Source: an uncultured Candidatus Saccharibacteria bacterium
GTDB taxonomy: Bacteria > Patescibacteriota > Minisyncoccia > Phycocordibacterales > UBA9973
NCBI GenBank assembly: GCA_964404925.1
Contig: CAYOLW010000003.1
Coordinates: 575 to 64,574, forward strand
Reading direction: 5' to 3'
DNA length: 64,000 bases
Below are positions 57,096 through 64,000 of the stretch, piece after piece. The position numbers and the translations under genes are program-made. The first letter of the stretch is position 1, and each line of letters starts with the position of its first letter. The notes under the pieces are model-generated. The model did not search any database and was not told where the DNA came from. It saw nothing but the letters and a program-made list of their open reading frames with translations.

Positions 57096-58778
57096 CTAAT
57101 TCTCAGTATATTTTGGTCTAACAGTACTAAATGTCCCCCCACTTCCTTCATTCATTTGAATTTCGGCTATGTACTGCTCGCCTGAGTATTTACCAGTACA
57201 TGTTAATCTATATATTGTGTAATCTGGTGCAGTAACAGGCACAATAACTCCAATCTGTTCCCCGGGAGGGCCAGATTTTTGTCCAGGCCAGTTTGGCCCA
57301 CCATCAGTTGCAACACATGATCCAGTCTCCATATTTACAGCAGACCAAGAGAAATCACTGGTGTACTCACTGGTTGGTCCGAGCACCACTTCTGTTGCTT
57401 TCAAAGTTAAAGATTCAAGCAAACTACCCCGAATAACTGAAATTTGAGAAGTTATAGAATTACCCGCCACGTCTTTGCATGTAAGTTTAAAATTTGTTGG
57501 GTTGTAATCTGCATGAATTGGTGACTGCCAGGTGATTTGCGGTGCAACAGGTGCATCGTCTACTGGACCATCCCAGCCAACAACCGGCGCAGCGTTCAAC
57601 GGTGGAGCACTTTCTGCTACACAATTTGTAAGTGGATCATCAGAATTTAATGCTTGCCATTTAAGGGTAGTTGTAAAATCTGGAGGATATACCGTTGCTG
57701 GGTCAGCAAAGAAATTTAGCGATGAGGCTGCCCCAACTATAACTTTAGCAGTTGCTACGTTTGAAAGAGTTACACCATCTGATCCAAGGCATTGGATTGA
57801 ATAGTTATATACTCCATCAGCCAAAACACCTGTAGTAAAGGCACCAAGCGGAGAAGCTTTAGAAGTTCCTTGTCCATTGGTTCCATACCAATCTGCTCCA
57901 GTATTTGAAGATCCAGATGTCTGACATCCAGTCGGGCTGGTCAAAAGATTTTCACCAAGCCAACTAATAACTGTACTACCACCGGTTGGAACATATTTAG
58001 GATTAGCAGATATTGTCACAGATGGAGCTGAAAGGTAATTTACATTAGTGAATTTTATCCATCCAACTGAGTTTCTACCCGAATCATTACCGCCCCACGC
58101 CCATCCAGTTAATTGACCCGGTGTACCAAAAGAACCATCTGCTGTTGTAAAAGATAAGCCATAATTATTGCCCTGGTTTGGTGCACCACCCCCAGGAATA
58201 ACAGTACCTTTTAGGCTTACCCATCCATCCCATCCACCTTTTTTATTATCATCAGGGATAGCTGTTCCTAAACAAGTAACAGGATTAAGGGCTGCGGAAC
58301 AAAATCTTGCCCAGCCTGTTACAGATCCAGTTTTTGGATCAATTTTTGCATTAGACTCAATATTACCAGTACCTTTTGGAAAATCAGCTAAGCCGCCAAA
58401 TTTAAGCCATCCATAGTTAGATGACCAGGCATAGCCAACCATGTCGCCTGTAGCAACGTCTATATCAACACCATAATCATTATTTGCGCAAGTACCATTG
58501 TTTGTACAGTTAAAAGAAATCCAGCCTACTCCCCCTAATTTATCGGTTATTTCAACGGAAGACTCACCTGGATCTTGTTTCAAATTTCCATTCAAGTCCA
58601 CCCAAGAGTTTTGTGTGCCATTTTTATCTAAATCACTCCAGTTATCAGCTTCCCAAGCCCAACCTACAAAGTTTTGTGTAGCATTCGAGCTTACCTGCTT
58701 AAAAGAAAATACATACAGTATGGAAATTGCCACTAAAGCAATTATTCCAAAATGTTTTTTATAATTAAGCTTTTTCAT
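57096..58778 (-). CDS. secreted protein with N-terminal Trp-rich repeats (GWAW...GW[IL]KF) and two C-terminal Cys-pair Ig-like domains
   Basis: Repeats: VGWAWEADNW, GVGWISF, GYAWSSNYGWLKFGG, TGWARF, GWDGWVSL, TGWAWGGNDSGRNSVGWIKF. Ig-like: TVISWLGE..C...IQCLG and FSWSAVN..C...LTCTG. Confidence 0.45.
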   Translation of the reverse strand: MKKLNYKKHFGIIALVAISILYVFSFKQVSSNATQNFVGWAWEADNWSDLDKNGTQNSWVDLNGNLKQDPGESSVEITDKLGGVGWISFNCTNNGTCANNDYGVDIDVATGDMVGYAWSSNYGWLKFGGLADFPKGTGNIESNAKIDPKTGSVTGWARFCSAALNPVTCLGTAIPDDNKKGGWDGWVSLKGTVIPGGGAPNQGNNYGLSFTTADGSFGTPGQLTGWAWGGNDSGRNSVGWIKFTNVNYLSAPSVTISANPKYVPTGGSTVISWLGENLLTSPTGCQTSGSSNTGADWYGTNGQGTSKASPLGAFTTGVLADGVYNYSIQCLGSDGVTLSNVATAKVIVGAASSLNFFADPATVYPPDFTTTLKWQALNSDDPLTNCVAESAPPLNAAPVVGWDGPVDDAPVAPQITWQSPIHADYNPTNFKLTCKDVAGNSITSQISVIRGSLLESLTLKATEVVLGPTSEYTSDFSWSAVNMETGSCVATDGGPNWPGQKSGPPGEQIGVIVPVTAPDYTIYRLTCTGKYSGEQYIAEIQMNEGSGGTFSTVRPKYTEN

Positions 58779-58782
58779 TAAA

Positions 58783-59109
58783 TTATTCCTGGCTAGCTGC
58801 AGAATTATCTTTTAAAAGACCGTCTAGTATTGTCTGTCTATCAGTTGGAGATAGCTGTGGTGCATCTTTACTGTTGTAAATTAACTCACTTTTCATTTTC
58901 TTAAGCTCAGCCTGTGTATACACAGGATTAGGCTCAGTCTCAATCAGGTCTTTGATTAAAGCATCGTGAGCAGCTTTTTTATTAGCTTCATCAATTTCTC
59001 TTTGACGCTTTTGATAGAATAAATACATAGTAGCTCCAGCTACAACTAGCAAAAGTAGAATCCATAAAATTAGATTTCGTTTCCAATGTCCCATTTCTAA
59101 ATTATACAT
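58783..59109 (-). CDS. hypothetical small single-pass membrane protein
   Basis: 108 aa, one TM helix (LILWILLLLVVAGATMYLFY) then charged coiled region. First minus-strand gene at the strand switch. Confidence 0.4.
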   Translation of the reverse strand: MYNLEMGHWKRNLILWILLLLVVAGATMYLFYQKRQREIDEANKKAAHDALIKDLIETEPNPVYTQAELKKMKSELIYNSKDAPQLSPTDRQTILDGLLKDNSAASQE

Positions 59110-59139
59110 TATATATGTATATCAAAATAATTATTGAGC

Positions 59140-59148
59140 TGTGGATAA
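59140..59148 (-). promoter_or_regulatory. perfect DnaA-box consensus (TTATCCACA on minus strand) in the AT-rich divergent intergenic region
   Basis: Plus-strand ctgtggataac. Lies in the 128-bp spacer where gene orientation flips from minus to plus. I saw only a single box. Confidence 0.3.
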
Positions 59149-59237
59149 CCTTGCTTTTCTGTGAATTCGTGATATACTTTGGTACGTAAGAGTCTGGTCG
59201 CAAACCGGACTTTTTTTATTAAATAAAATTAAATATT

Positions 59238-60395
59238 ATGTTAGACATAAAAGCTTTCAAAACTGCACTCGAGCAATTAGAAACCGAGCGCAAAATACCA
59301 AAAGAGAAAATTCTAGACGCAATCGAACAAGCCATGGCGGCCGCTTATAAAAAAGACTACGGAAAGAAAGGCCAGATAGTTAGGGCTAAGTTTGATATTG
59401 AAACAGGTAAAACTGATTTTTATCAGGTTAAAATTGTTGTTGATGAAACTATTGCAAAAATAGTTGACGAAGAAGAGGCAGAAGAGGCTGAACACGATGA
59501 AGGAGACGAGAGGGTTCGATTTAATTCTGAACACCACATTCTGCTCGAAGACGCTCAAAAAATTAAAAAAGACGCTGAATTAAACGATGAAATCGTATTT
59601 CCATTAGAAGAGAAAGACGATTACGGACGTATTGCTGCTCAAACAGCTAAGCAGGTTATCATTCAACGCATTCGTGAAGCAGAAAGAACTTCTGTTATGG
59701 ATGAATATGGTGGCAAAGAAGGAGAAATAATCACAGGATTAGTTCAGAAAGTTGAACGCGGTAATGTATACATTGATTTCAATCGAGCCACAGGTATTCT
59801 GCCAGTTGAAGAACAAATTCCTGGAGAGTACTTTACCCGAGGTGGTAGAATCCGTGCATATTTGTACTCAGTCGAAGATACACCTCGAGGTATTAATCTA
59901 CGACTGTCTCGAACTCATCCAAAATTTGTTGAGAAATTGTTTTCTATCGAAGCACCTGAAATAGAAAGTGGAGTTGTTGAAATAAAATCTATTGCTCGAG
60001 AAGCCGGTGCTCGCACAAAAATTGCCGTACACTCCAACGACGAACACATTGATCCCGTTGGTTCTTGTGTGGGACAAAAAGGAACTCGTGTAAACACTAT
60101 TACCCAAGAATTGGGTGGAGAGAAAATTGATATTATCCCATGGAGTGAAGATCCCAAGGTTTATGTTTCCAATGCCCTTTCACCAGCAAAAGTAAATTCA
60201 ATAGAAGTTATTGAAAATGAACACAAAGCAGTAATTGAAGTTTCTGATGATCAGCTGTCACTCGCTATTGGTAAAGGTGGTCAAAACGTCCGCCTTGCTG
60301 CTAAATTAACCGGCTGGAGAATTGACATAAAAGGCGGTGCCGAAGGTTCTGCTTCAGAAGAAATTCCTACAGATGTTGAAGCAACCGAAGAATAA
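59238..60395 (+). CDS. nusA: transcription termination/antitermination factor NusA (N-terminal domain + S1 + KH1 + KH2, no AR repeats)
   Basis: EKILDAIEQAMAAAYKK, S1 region GEIITGLVQKVERGNVYIDF, KH GxxG motifs (CVGQKGTRV; IGKGGQNVRLA). 385 aa. Confidence 0.9.
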   Translation: MLDIKAFKTALEQLETERKIPKEKILDAIEQAMAAAYKKDYGKKGQIVRAKFDIETGKTDFYQVKIVVDETIAKIVDEEEAEEAEHDEGDERVRFNSEHHILLEDAQKIKKDAELNDEIVFPLEEKDDYGRIAAQTAKQVIIQRIREAERTSVMDEYGGKEGEIITGLVQKVERGNVYIDFNRATGILPVEEQIPGEYFTRGGRIRAYLYSVEDTPRGINLRLSRTHPKFVEKLFSIEAPEIESGVVEIKSIAREAGARTKIAVHSNDEHIDPVGSCVGQKGTRVNTITQELGGEKIDIIPWSEDPKVYVSNALSPAKVNSIEVIENEHKAVIEVSDDQLSLAIGKGGQNVRLAAKLTGWRIDIKGGAEGSASEEIPTDVEATEE

Positions 60396-60413
60396 GCATA
60401 TAATTTATAAATT

Positions 60414-61001
60414 ATGGCAAACATAAATCACAAACCTTCGAAATACATGTTAAATTTACAGCATGTACTGCCGGCTTTCGCAGATGTAGAAAAGAATGTT
60501 TTAAATTGTTTAGTTGAAATTAATGCAAATTCTATAAACAAATACGAATTTATTACTGAGACTGGTCAATTAAAACTCGACAGAGTTGGTTACTCTTCAT
60601 TGGCCTACCCGGTTTCTTATGGACTAGTGCCTCAAACTTGGGATCAAGATAATGACCTATTAGACGTGGTTATAGCAAATGTTACAGAAGACCTGGTGCC
60701 TGGTTCACTAGCTGAAGTACGAATAATAGGTGTAATGCTTTTTGAAGACGGAGGAGAAAGGGATGACAAAATCATAACTGTTTTATCCGATGACAAAAGG
60801 ATGAACCACATAAATTCATTCAAAGACCTTGGCGAACACTGGCAAAAAGAAACAGAACACTATTTTGAACATTATAAAGACCTAAAAAAACCTGGTACAT
60901 GTAAGGTGCTAGGTTTCTATGAAATAGACAAAGCGCTCGAAATAATCAAAGAGTGTATGGACAGATACGAAAAAGAATACAAGCCTAAACTAGAAGAATA
61001 A
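60414..61001 (+). CDS. ppa: inorganic pyrophosphatase, family I
   Basis: EINANSINKYEF...LKLDR, YPVSYGLVPQTWDQDNDLLDVVIA (the DGDPLD-like metal site), ...KIITVLSDD. Confidence 0.85.
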   Translation: MANINHKPSKYMLNLQHVLPAFADVEKNVLNCLVEINANSINKYEFITETGQLKLDRVGYSSLAYPVSYGLVPQTWDQDNDLLDVVIANVTEDLVPGSLAEVRIIGVMLFEDGGERDDKIITVLSDDKRMNHINSFKDLGEHWQKETEHYFEHYKDLKKPGTCKVLGFYEIDKALEIIKECMDRYEKEYKPKLEE

Positions 61002-61010
61002 TCCAAAATA

Positions 61011-61046
61011 AAATCACCTACTCACCAGTAGGTGATTTTATTTTTA
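61011..61046 (+). terminator. rho-independent terminator after ppa
   Basis: aaatcacctactcaccagtaggtgattttatttttag: 10-bp stem + T-run. Confidence 0.6.
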
Positions 61047-61097
61047 GTAGTATAATAGAGGGTATAAGTATTATCAGCATAATTTATATATAAAAAT

Positions 61098-61910
61098 ATG
61101 AAAAAGAATTTAAGTTTATTAATAATGGTAGCGTTCTTAGCATCTTCTGGATTTGCCTTTGCTGAAGAAACAATGCCTATGCCGGGAAACGGCCTGCCTA
61201 AAGGAGTGCGTCCAGCCAAAGAAGCAGTTGAAAAACTGCGAACAGAGAAAAAAGAAGCTGTACAAACACGAATAGAAGAACGTAAGGGGTTAATGGAAGA
61301 ACGTAAAGAACTGATGGATCAGAGGAAGGCCAGCATAACAGAACGCATGGAGGCAAGATCTGAGATGAAAAATATGACAGAAGAAGAAAAATCTGAAATG
61401 AAAGCCAAATTTGAGGAAGCTCGGGAAGCCCTAAAAGAAAAGCGTGAGGCCCTAAAAGAAAAAGCTGAAACACTACGAGAATCAGCCAAGACTAAGATGG
61501 AAGCATTAAAAGGAAAAATCAAAGATGCTGCTAGCATGAAACGCTACGAGAGTAGAGAAAATGCTTTACACCGTTTTGATAATCAAGTTGAAAAAGTAAC
61601 CAAACTTCGAGATCGTGTAAACGCAAAAATAACTGAAGTAGAAGCAAAGGGTACAGATGTGTCTGTTGCTAAAACACATATAGCAACAGCAGATGTAAAA
61701 TTCGAAGAAGCAAAAACCAAAATTGCCGAAATGAATACTATTTTCGCAAGTGGCACTAACGAAATTTCAGCTGAAAACAAAACTAAACTACAGACTCTAG
61801 CTAAAGAAGCTGGATCTCTTTTGAAAGAAGCTTACAGCGAACTTAAACTAGCTGTTAAAGCACTCAAGGATGCTTTATTAGCAAGTAGCACAACAACGAC
61901 AACTCAATAA
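61098..61910 (+). CDS. secreted Lys/Glu-rich coiled-coil protein (hypothetical)
   Basis: Signal peptide MKKNLSLLIMVAFLASSGFAFA. Heptad-like charged repeats (ERKGLMEERKELMDQRK; REALKEKREALKEKAETLRE). C-terminal TTTTTQ. Confidence 0.5.
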   Translation: MKKNLSLLIMVAFLASSGFAFAEETMPMPGNGLPKGVRPAKEAVEKLRTEKKEAVQTRIEERKGLMEERKELMDQRKASITERMEARSEMKNMTEEEKSEMKAKFEEAREALKEKREALKEKAETLRESAKTKMEALKGKIKDAASMKRYESRENALHRFDNQVEKVTKLRDRVNAKITEVEAKGTDVSVAKTHIATADVKFEEAKTKIAEMNTIFASGTNEISAENKTKLQTLAKEAGSLLKEAYSELKLAVKALKDALLASSTTTTTQ

Positions 61911-61936
61911 ATATTATTAATTAAGTAAAAATTTAA

Positions 61937-62191
61937 ATGGAACCAAATCAAGACAAAAAATCATATGGCGCATTAATAGGGTCAGCTGTAGTAATAATTA
62001 TATTGGTATTAGGTGGTATATACTTCTGGATGTCTAAGCAAGCAAAACCTGAAGTACAAGCACCAGCACAAGAAAACACCCAATTACAGACTGAAAATAA
62101 TACAACTACAATCGAGCTAAATACTCTTGAAGCAGAAATAGAATCAGGATCATCTGCTGACACGGCGTTTGATATTAGCACAGTAGAATAG
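61937..62191 (+). CDS. hypothetical small membrane protein
   Basis: 84 aa, one TM helix (ALIGSAVVIIILVLGGIYFW). Confidence 0.4.
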   Translation: MEPNQDKKSYGALIGSAVVIIILVLGGIYFWMSKQAKPEVQAPAQENTQLQTENNTTTIELNTLEAEIESGSSADTAFDISTVE

Positions 62192-62208
62192 AGCCTTCTA
62201 TTCTTTAA

Positions 62209-62240
62209 AAACCTCCCAATAAAACTGGGAGGTTTTTTAT
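62209..62240 (+). terminator. rho-independent terminator
   Basis: aaacctcccaataaaactgggaggtttttt: 7-bp GC-rich stem + T6. Confidence 0.65.
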
Positions 62241-62275
62241 TTGAAAAATATGATTAATTAGTATAATATAGCGGC

Positions 62276-63349
62276 ATGCAAATAAAAATAAACAAACTAC
62301 CGAAAAGTGAGATAGAAATTGAGGGAGAACTCGCAGCAGAGATACTAGAACAGTTTTTTACCCAAGCTTTAAAGAAAATAGCTGAAACAGCCGAAATTGA
62401 TGGATTTCGTAAGGGTAAAGTTCCAGAAAGTATCCTTTTATCAAAAATACCAGAAATCCAGATCTTAGAAGAAGCAGCTGAGATGGCTCTCGGTGAGCAT
62501 TATCCAAAAATAATTGCAGAACAGAACCTAGATGTGATTAGTCGCCCGGCTATCACAATAACTAAACTAGCTCGTAACAACCCCCTGGGATTTAAAATCC
62601 TAACCACAACATTGCCTGAAGTAAAACTTCCTGATTACAAGGACAGAGCCAAGAATATTAAAAGCGGACTGACTGAAAAAGATTTAGACACAGCAGTGAC
62701 CTCAGAGGAAATTGAAAATACAATAATGGATATTCGTAAATCTCGCGCACCGAAAAAAACAATGCCCGAGGTTGCAGCAGAGCAAGATGAAAATAATGAA
62801 AATCCACAAATACCAGAAGCATCAGAAGAAAACCTACCACCATGGAATGATGAATTTGTACAAACCTTAGGTGACTTTAAAGACATTGCAGAATTCCGTA
62901 CCAAGCTAGAGGCAAATCTCCAAGTTGAAAAACAAAATCTAGTAAGAGAAAAAACACGACTAAAAATTATTGAAGACATCATAGAAAAATCAGAGATTGA
63001 TGTTCCAGAAGTTTTAATTGATCTAGAAGTTGATAAAATCCTTTATCGCATGGAATCTGACATCGCACAAATGGGACTTCAGTTTGAAGACTATTTAAAA
63101 CACCTAAACAAAAGCGTAGAAGATTTACGAAATGATTTTAGAAACGATGGTGAAAAAAGAGCCAAGCTTGCTTTGGTATTAAACGAAATCAGCAAAGCTG
63201 AAAAAATCCTAGCTGACGAAGAAGAGGTAGCCAAAGAAGTCGCACACATTCTAGAACACTACAAAGACGCAGATCCTGAGAGAGCTCGCATCCATGCCGA
63301 GAACATGCTAACCAACGAAAAGATTTTCCAATTTTTGGAGAATTTGTAA
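62276..63349 (+). CDS. tig: trigger factor lacking the central FKBP-type PPIase domain
   Basis: N-terminal ribosome-binding signature IDGFRKGKVP. C-terminal helical arm domain. Only 357 aa and no FKBP motifs. Conserved tig-clpP order. Confidence 0.8.
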   Translation: MQIKINKLPKSEIEIEGELAAEILEQFFTQALKKIAETAEIDGFRKGKVPESILLSKIPEIQILEEAAEMALGEHYPKIIAEQNLDVISRPAITITKLARNNPLGFKILTTTLPEVKLPDYKDRAKNIKSGLTEKDLDTAVTSEEIENTIMDIRKSRAPKKTMPEVAAEQDENNENPQIPEASEENLPPWNDEFVQTLGDFKDIAEFRTKLEANLQVEKQNLVREKTRLKIIEDIIEKSEIDVPEVLIDLEVDKILYRMESDIAQMGLQFEDYLKHLNKSVEDLRNDFRNDGEKRAKLALVLNEISKAEKILADEEEVAKEVAHILEHYKDADPERARIHAENMLTNEKIFQFLENL

Positions 63350-63378
63350 AATACATAATTAAGTTATAAAATTGACTT

Positions 63379-63984
63379 ATGTTAATTCCAACCGTTATTG
63401 AAAAATCACAATTTGGTGAGCGTGCTTATGATATATATTCACGCCTTTTAAGAGATCGTATTATATTCCTAGGTGGCCCAATCGATGATCATGTGGCAAA
63501 CATTGTAATTGCCCAAATACTTTTCCTTGCCAACGAAGATGCAAAGAAAGATATTTATCTGTATATCAATTCCCCTGGTGGTTCAGTATCTGCTGGACTT
63601 GCAATCTATGACACAATGCAGTTTGTAAAACCAGATATATCAACAATCTGTGTTGGTATGGCAGCTTCAATGGGTGCATTCTTGCTCGCAGGTGGTACCA
63701 AAGGTAAAAGGTTTACTCTCCCTAATTCCGAAGTTATGATTCACCAGCCTCATGGTGGCGCAGATGGTCAAGCAACAGACATAGAAATTTCCGCTAAACA
63801 TATTTTGAAACTCCGAGCCCAATTAAATGATATTTTAGCTAAAAATACTGGACAGAAATTAGCTACAATTGAAAAAGATGTTGAACGAGATAATTGGATG
63901 GATGCGTCTGAAGCAAAAAAATACGGCATAGTAGATGACATAGTAACAAAAGACAAAACACCCAACATTAAAACTGATAAATAG
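63379..63984 (+). CDS. clpP: ATP-dependent Clp protease proteolytic subunit
   Basis: [11 protein letters not shown], catalytic triad context [11 protein letters not shown] (Ser), MIHQPHGG (His), ...RDNWM (Asp). 201 aa. Confidence 0.9.
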   Translation: MLIPTVIEKSQFGERAYDIYSRLLRDRIIFLGGPIDDHVANIVIAQILFLANEDAKKDIYLYINSPGGSVSAGLAIYDTMQFVKPDISTICVGMAASMGAFLLAGGTKGKRFTLPNSEVMIHQPHGGADGQATDIEISAKHILKLRAQLNDILAKNTGQKLATIEKDVERDNWMDASEAKKYGIVDDIVTKDKTPNIKTDK

Positions 63985-64000
63985 AAAATCTAAAATTTAA

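Noticed and set aside
61022-61219. 65-aa minus-strand ORF between ppa and the coiled-coil gene
   Set aside because: It overlaps the ppa terminator hairpin and the start of the 270-aa plus-strand gene. Its sequence is AT-driven low complexity.
1-64000. CRISPR arrays, tRNA/rRNA genes, transposases/integrases, prophage blocks
   Set aside because: No direct-repeat/spacer periodicity was seen. Intergenic spaces are short, and none showed tRNA-like structures. No ORF showed DDE/tyrosine-recombinase motifs. The only repeat elements are the three in-frame palindromes.

Overview
A 64 kb window from a low-GC, gene-dense bacterial genome. Almost every gene is on the minus strand up to ~59.1 kb, and genes run on the plus strand after that. 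The overall character (many minimal aaRS genes, Gram-positive-style type IV pilus operon without a secretin, split ComEC, very large secreted surface proteins, short versions of housekeeping proteins) is CPR/Patescibacteria-like; this is a tentative inference. Main contents are as follows. (1) Housekeeping operons: tatD'-metG-AI-2E transporter-M16 peptidase; lysA-like; glyQS-hyp-recO-HD-HAD-HD-ileS; argS-dut-NUDIX-hydrolase-tmk-CYTH-membrane-glyA. A T-box leader precedes ileS. (2) A higher-GC block (sodA, mitochondrial-type aconitase, eukaryote-type NADP-IDH) sits between the two halves of a split comEC, next to rnhA and recJ. (3) HIT, pgk, tpiA. (4) A type IV pilus locus: pilB, pilC, three prepilins, three paralogous giant PilX-like proteins. 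(5) A ~17 kb tandem array of signal-peptide proteins with peptidoglycan-binding domains, including two metzincin proteases. (6) A divergent strand switch, then nusA-ppa, coiled-coil protein, tig-clpP. The most unusual signals are a histidine-phosphatase (RHG) domain inserted in-frame into IleRS, in-frame palindromic mini-insertions in ileS and recJ, the apparently acquired acn-icd-sodA block interrupting comEC, recombination-prone identical 5' ends in the tandem pilus-tip paralogs, and the secreted PGBD/metzincin array. I saw no CRISPR arrays, tRNA/rRNA genes or transposases.
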